Assembly (NCBI GenBank): GCA_963667175.2
Contig: CAXXXF010000015.1
Coordinates: 841,913-905,912 of the forward strand
Direction: 5' to 3'
DNA from: Candidatus Latescibacterota bacterium
Lineage (GTDB): Bacteria; Latescibacterota; UBA2968; GCA-2709665
Length of the DNA stretch: 64,000 nt
Shown here one piece after another: positions 61,767 through 64,000 of the stretch (within the stretch, counting starts at the first letter, position 1; each line of letters opens with the position of its first letter). The position numbers were made by a program, and so were the translations under genes. The notes beneath the pieces were generated by a model. It had not been told where the DNA came from. It worked only from the letters and a program-made list of their open reading frames with translations, and searched no databases.

Positions 61767-61940
61767 TAGCACTGGTGTCAGTTTACGTGTGTGTTAGCCA
61801 AGTGACAACACGAAAGGCGGGATGAATATCCATGTCGTCACCGCCATGAGTGACTAACCTAGGTTCATTTTTATCAATAAAACGCAGGATCTACAGCTGT
61901 GCGAATTGTAATTTAGGACTTCCTATAGGTGACTTGAGAT

Positions 61941-62419
61941 ATGAACAAAATAACGGTAGCTTGTGTTGGTGCGGGCTATTGGGGTAGGAATCTCGTACGT
62001 AATTTCCATGCCCTACCGGGAAGTTTCCTCAGTGTTTGCTGCGATTTGGACGAGGATGCACTCAGCTTTATTTCGACGCACTATTCGGACGTAACCATAA
62101 CACGGCACTTCGCAGCAGTGTTGGAAGACCCGAATGTCGAAGCTGTCGTATTGGCGACCCCGGTCACGTCCCACTTTCGAATGGCGAAGCAGGCGTTGGA
62201 GGCCGGAAAGCACGTTTTTGTAGAAAAACCACTCGCGCTTCAGGTGGGAGAAGCTGAAGTTTTGTGCAGGATGGCAGAAACCCATGGACAGGTGTTAATG
62301 GTCGGTCATCTTCTCGAATACCACCCAGCTGTCTGCAAGTTGAAGGAGATTGTTGATGGAGGTGATCTCGGTGATATACATTACATCTACACGCGAAGGT
62401 TGAACTTCGGCATTATTAG
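61941..62419 (+). pseudogene. Gfo/Idh/MocA oxidoreductase (WbpB/WlbA-like), interrupted
   Basis: VGAGYWG.NL.RNF, GKHVFVEKPL, MVGH..EYHPA; ends at RLNFGIIR where the element begins. Confidence 0.88.
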
Positions 62420-64000
62420 AGTCTTACAGTAAGACTTCAACGCAAGATGCGTAGAAGTTTGTTCATGCTGCTTGGATAGCGTTCCGGTTTGTGTGGTTGT
62501 CGTATAGTGTCAGTGAAGTCGCGAGGGTGACGTGTCCGGCCTGTGTGACGCGCCATCTTCTGGACCGAGGTATTTTAGCGATCAGGCCTCGGACGTGTAG
62601 ACGTTTGAGGAGTCGGCTGACGGCGTTGGCTTGTCGTCGTCGCTGGTCGAGGGTTCTGGGTTGTTTGAAGAGGTGTTTTCGGATGTCCCGATTGCGGAAG
62701 CCCATCAGGGCGTGTTCGCCTTTCAGGACGGCGGTGAAGAGGTCGAGGTCGCGGGTGTCGGCGGGATTGAAGCCCCGATAGGTCCGCCCCTTGTGCCTGC
62801 GTGGTCGGGCAAGTGCGGCGAGGCTGTGACGGCTCTTCCCGGTGTCTGGTGCTGCTGCCAGCGCCTGAAGATAGTGTTGGTTGGCCTTCAATGAGATCTC
62901 CCGATAGCGGTAGAGGTTGGCCACCCCTTTGGCCATGGGATACCAGCCCATCACGCGTTGTCCTTGCCGTATGCCCTGGCGGCGGACCTTGAACTGCCTT
63001 GGATGGTTGATCACTGTCTCTATGCGTAGTACGCGCCCGTGTTTGTCGTACATTTTTATCCAGTTCTCACACATCCGGTGTTTGACCCGTGCGCCGGGTT
63101 GGCGTTTTGTTTTTGAAGTCCGTGAGGACTTCGCCCTGAAAGTTGCCGTGGAGTTTGCGTCCCAGGAAGGTCAGGATGTCCTGGGGAGAGAAGCACAGCA
63201 CCGTATGTCTGAGCAGATTTTCATACAGCACCTTCAGGGCGTGGGGGCTTGTGAACATCACGTCGGTGGCGAACTCAGCCTGGTCAACGACCCAGTAATA
63301 GTCCATTCCCGAAAGCAGGTCTTTGAGCAGGGGGTTGACCCTGCGGGCAAGCCCGGAGAGAATGCGCGGCCAATTTTTCTCGACAAAACGATCGGCAAAC
63401 CGTTGCGCCCGGGCCACGTCGTCGATCCATAGAAACGCGTTTGTCTGCTTTGCGATAGGCAATGCCGTTTTTATCGAGCTTGCGCGCCAGGTATTCGTGG
63501 CCATTGAGACAGACCTGCACCACCAGGGGGAACCACGACTGGATGCGGATATGCAGCAACCCGAACTCACGGTCGATATAGTAGAAATAGTAGCACAGGC
63601 ACTTCCGCCGGGCGTTTGCGCAGGCGAGGCCTTCCTTTCCCTGGAACCAGCTTGAAACTCTGACAGCCCTCCACGGCGCGGTACACACAGACCAGGCCGC
63701 GGGTGATTCCCATCTCGTTGGGCGATGCGTCCGCGCTTCCTCCTCTTTCCTGACGGTGTTGCGGTCGAGATAGAGGAACGGGCGCTTGTGCCTGCTCGCC
63801 ATCGCCTCCGCGTGGGCTTTGATCGTTTTGGAATGCATCGTCACAAAACGCTTGAAGTCCTTCAACAAAAAACCCTGATTACCCATGAAACGCTCCATCG
63901 CATCGCCAAATCCCAACGGCAGGTACCCCTTGAACAGAACCCGATCAAAACACGATACCACGCCACTGATTTTTTCATTATATTGGTCCACGAAGTCGTT
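62416..64000 (-). mobile_element. Unclassified insertion element, copy 2 (frameshifted ORF, runs off window)
   Basis: Same TTAG-AGTCTTACAGTAAGACT end and near-identical body to copy 1; ORF broken into several frames by small indels. Confidence 0.88.

Noticed and set aside
62463-63991. Programmed frameshifting in element copy 2
   Set aside because: Copy 1 is a single ORF; scattered single-base indels fit decay or sequencing error.

Overview
Bacterial genomic window, probably a diderm (LpxH-like gene, TonB-dependent receptors; FCB-superphylum-like, taxonomy not established). 1-14.3 kb is mostly GC-rich core: partial FAD oxidoreductase, TPR membrane protein, LpxH-like hydrolase, glpK, ilvD, DUF418, a TonB receptor/lipoprotein pair and tmRNA. 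It also holds an AT-richer NYN nuclease gene with a divergent promoter-hairpin-terminator small-RNA unit. Right after tmRNA, an ~11.7 kb block bounded by ~110 bp direct repeats carries metal-uptake genes (TonB receptor, PepSY-TM, WD40, COG0523, Fur/Zur, ferredoxin-like, ABC) and an AbiE toxin-antitoxin pair. From ~27 kb to the end is a visibly lower-GC accessory cluster. A 1638-aa kinase-ATPase-TPR-GAF-sigma54 activator precedes a -24/-12 promoter, a candidate 75-aa precursor peptide and two radical SAM/SPASM enzymes. These are followed by glyco-, acyl- and methyltransferases, a flavinylation/thioredoxin module around a secreted 6-Cys peptide, a beta-propeller lipoprotein and an RND exporter. 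Four insertions interrupt genes of this cluster: an IS110 with a candidate bridge RNA, an IS256, and two copies of an unclassified hairpin-ended TTAG-targeting element. All calls come from reading motifs by eye; no database searches were run.
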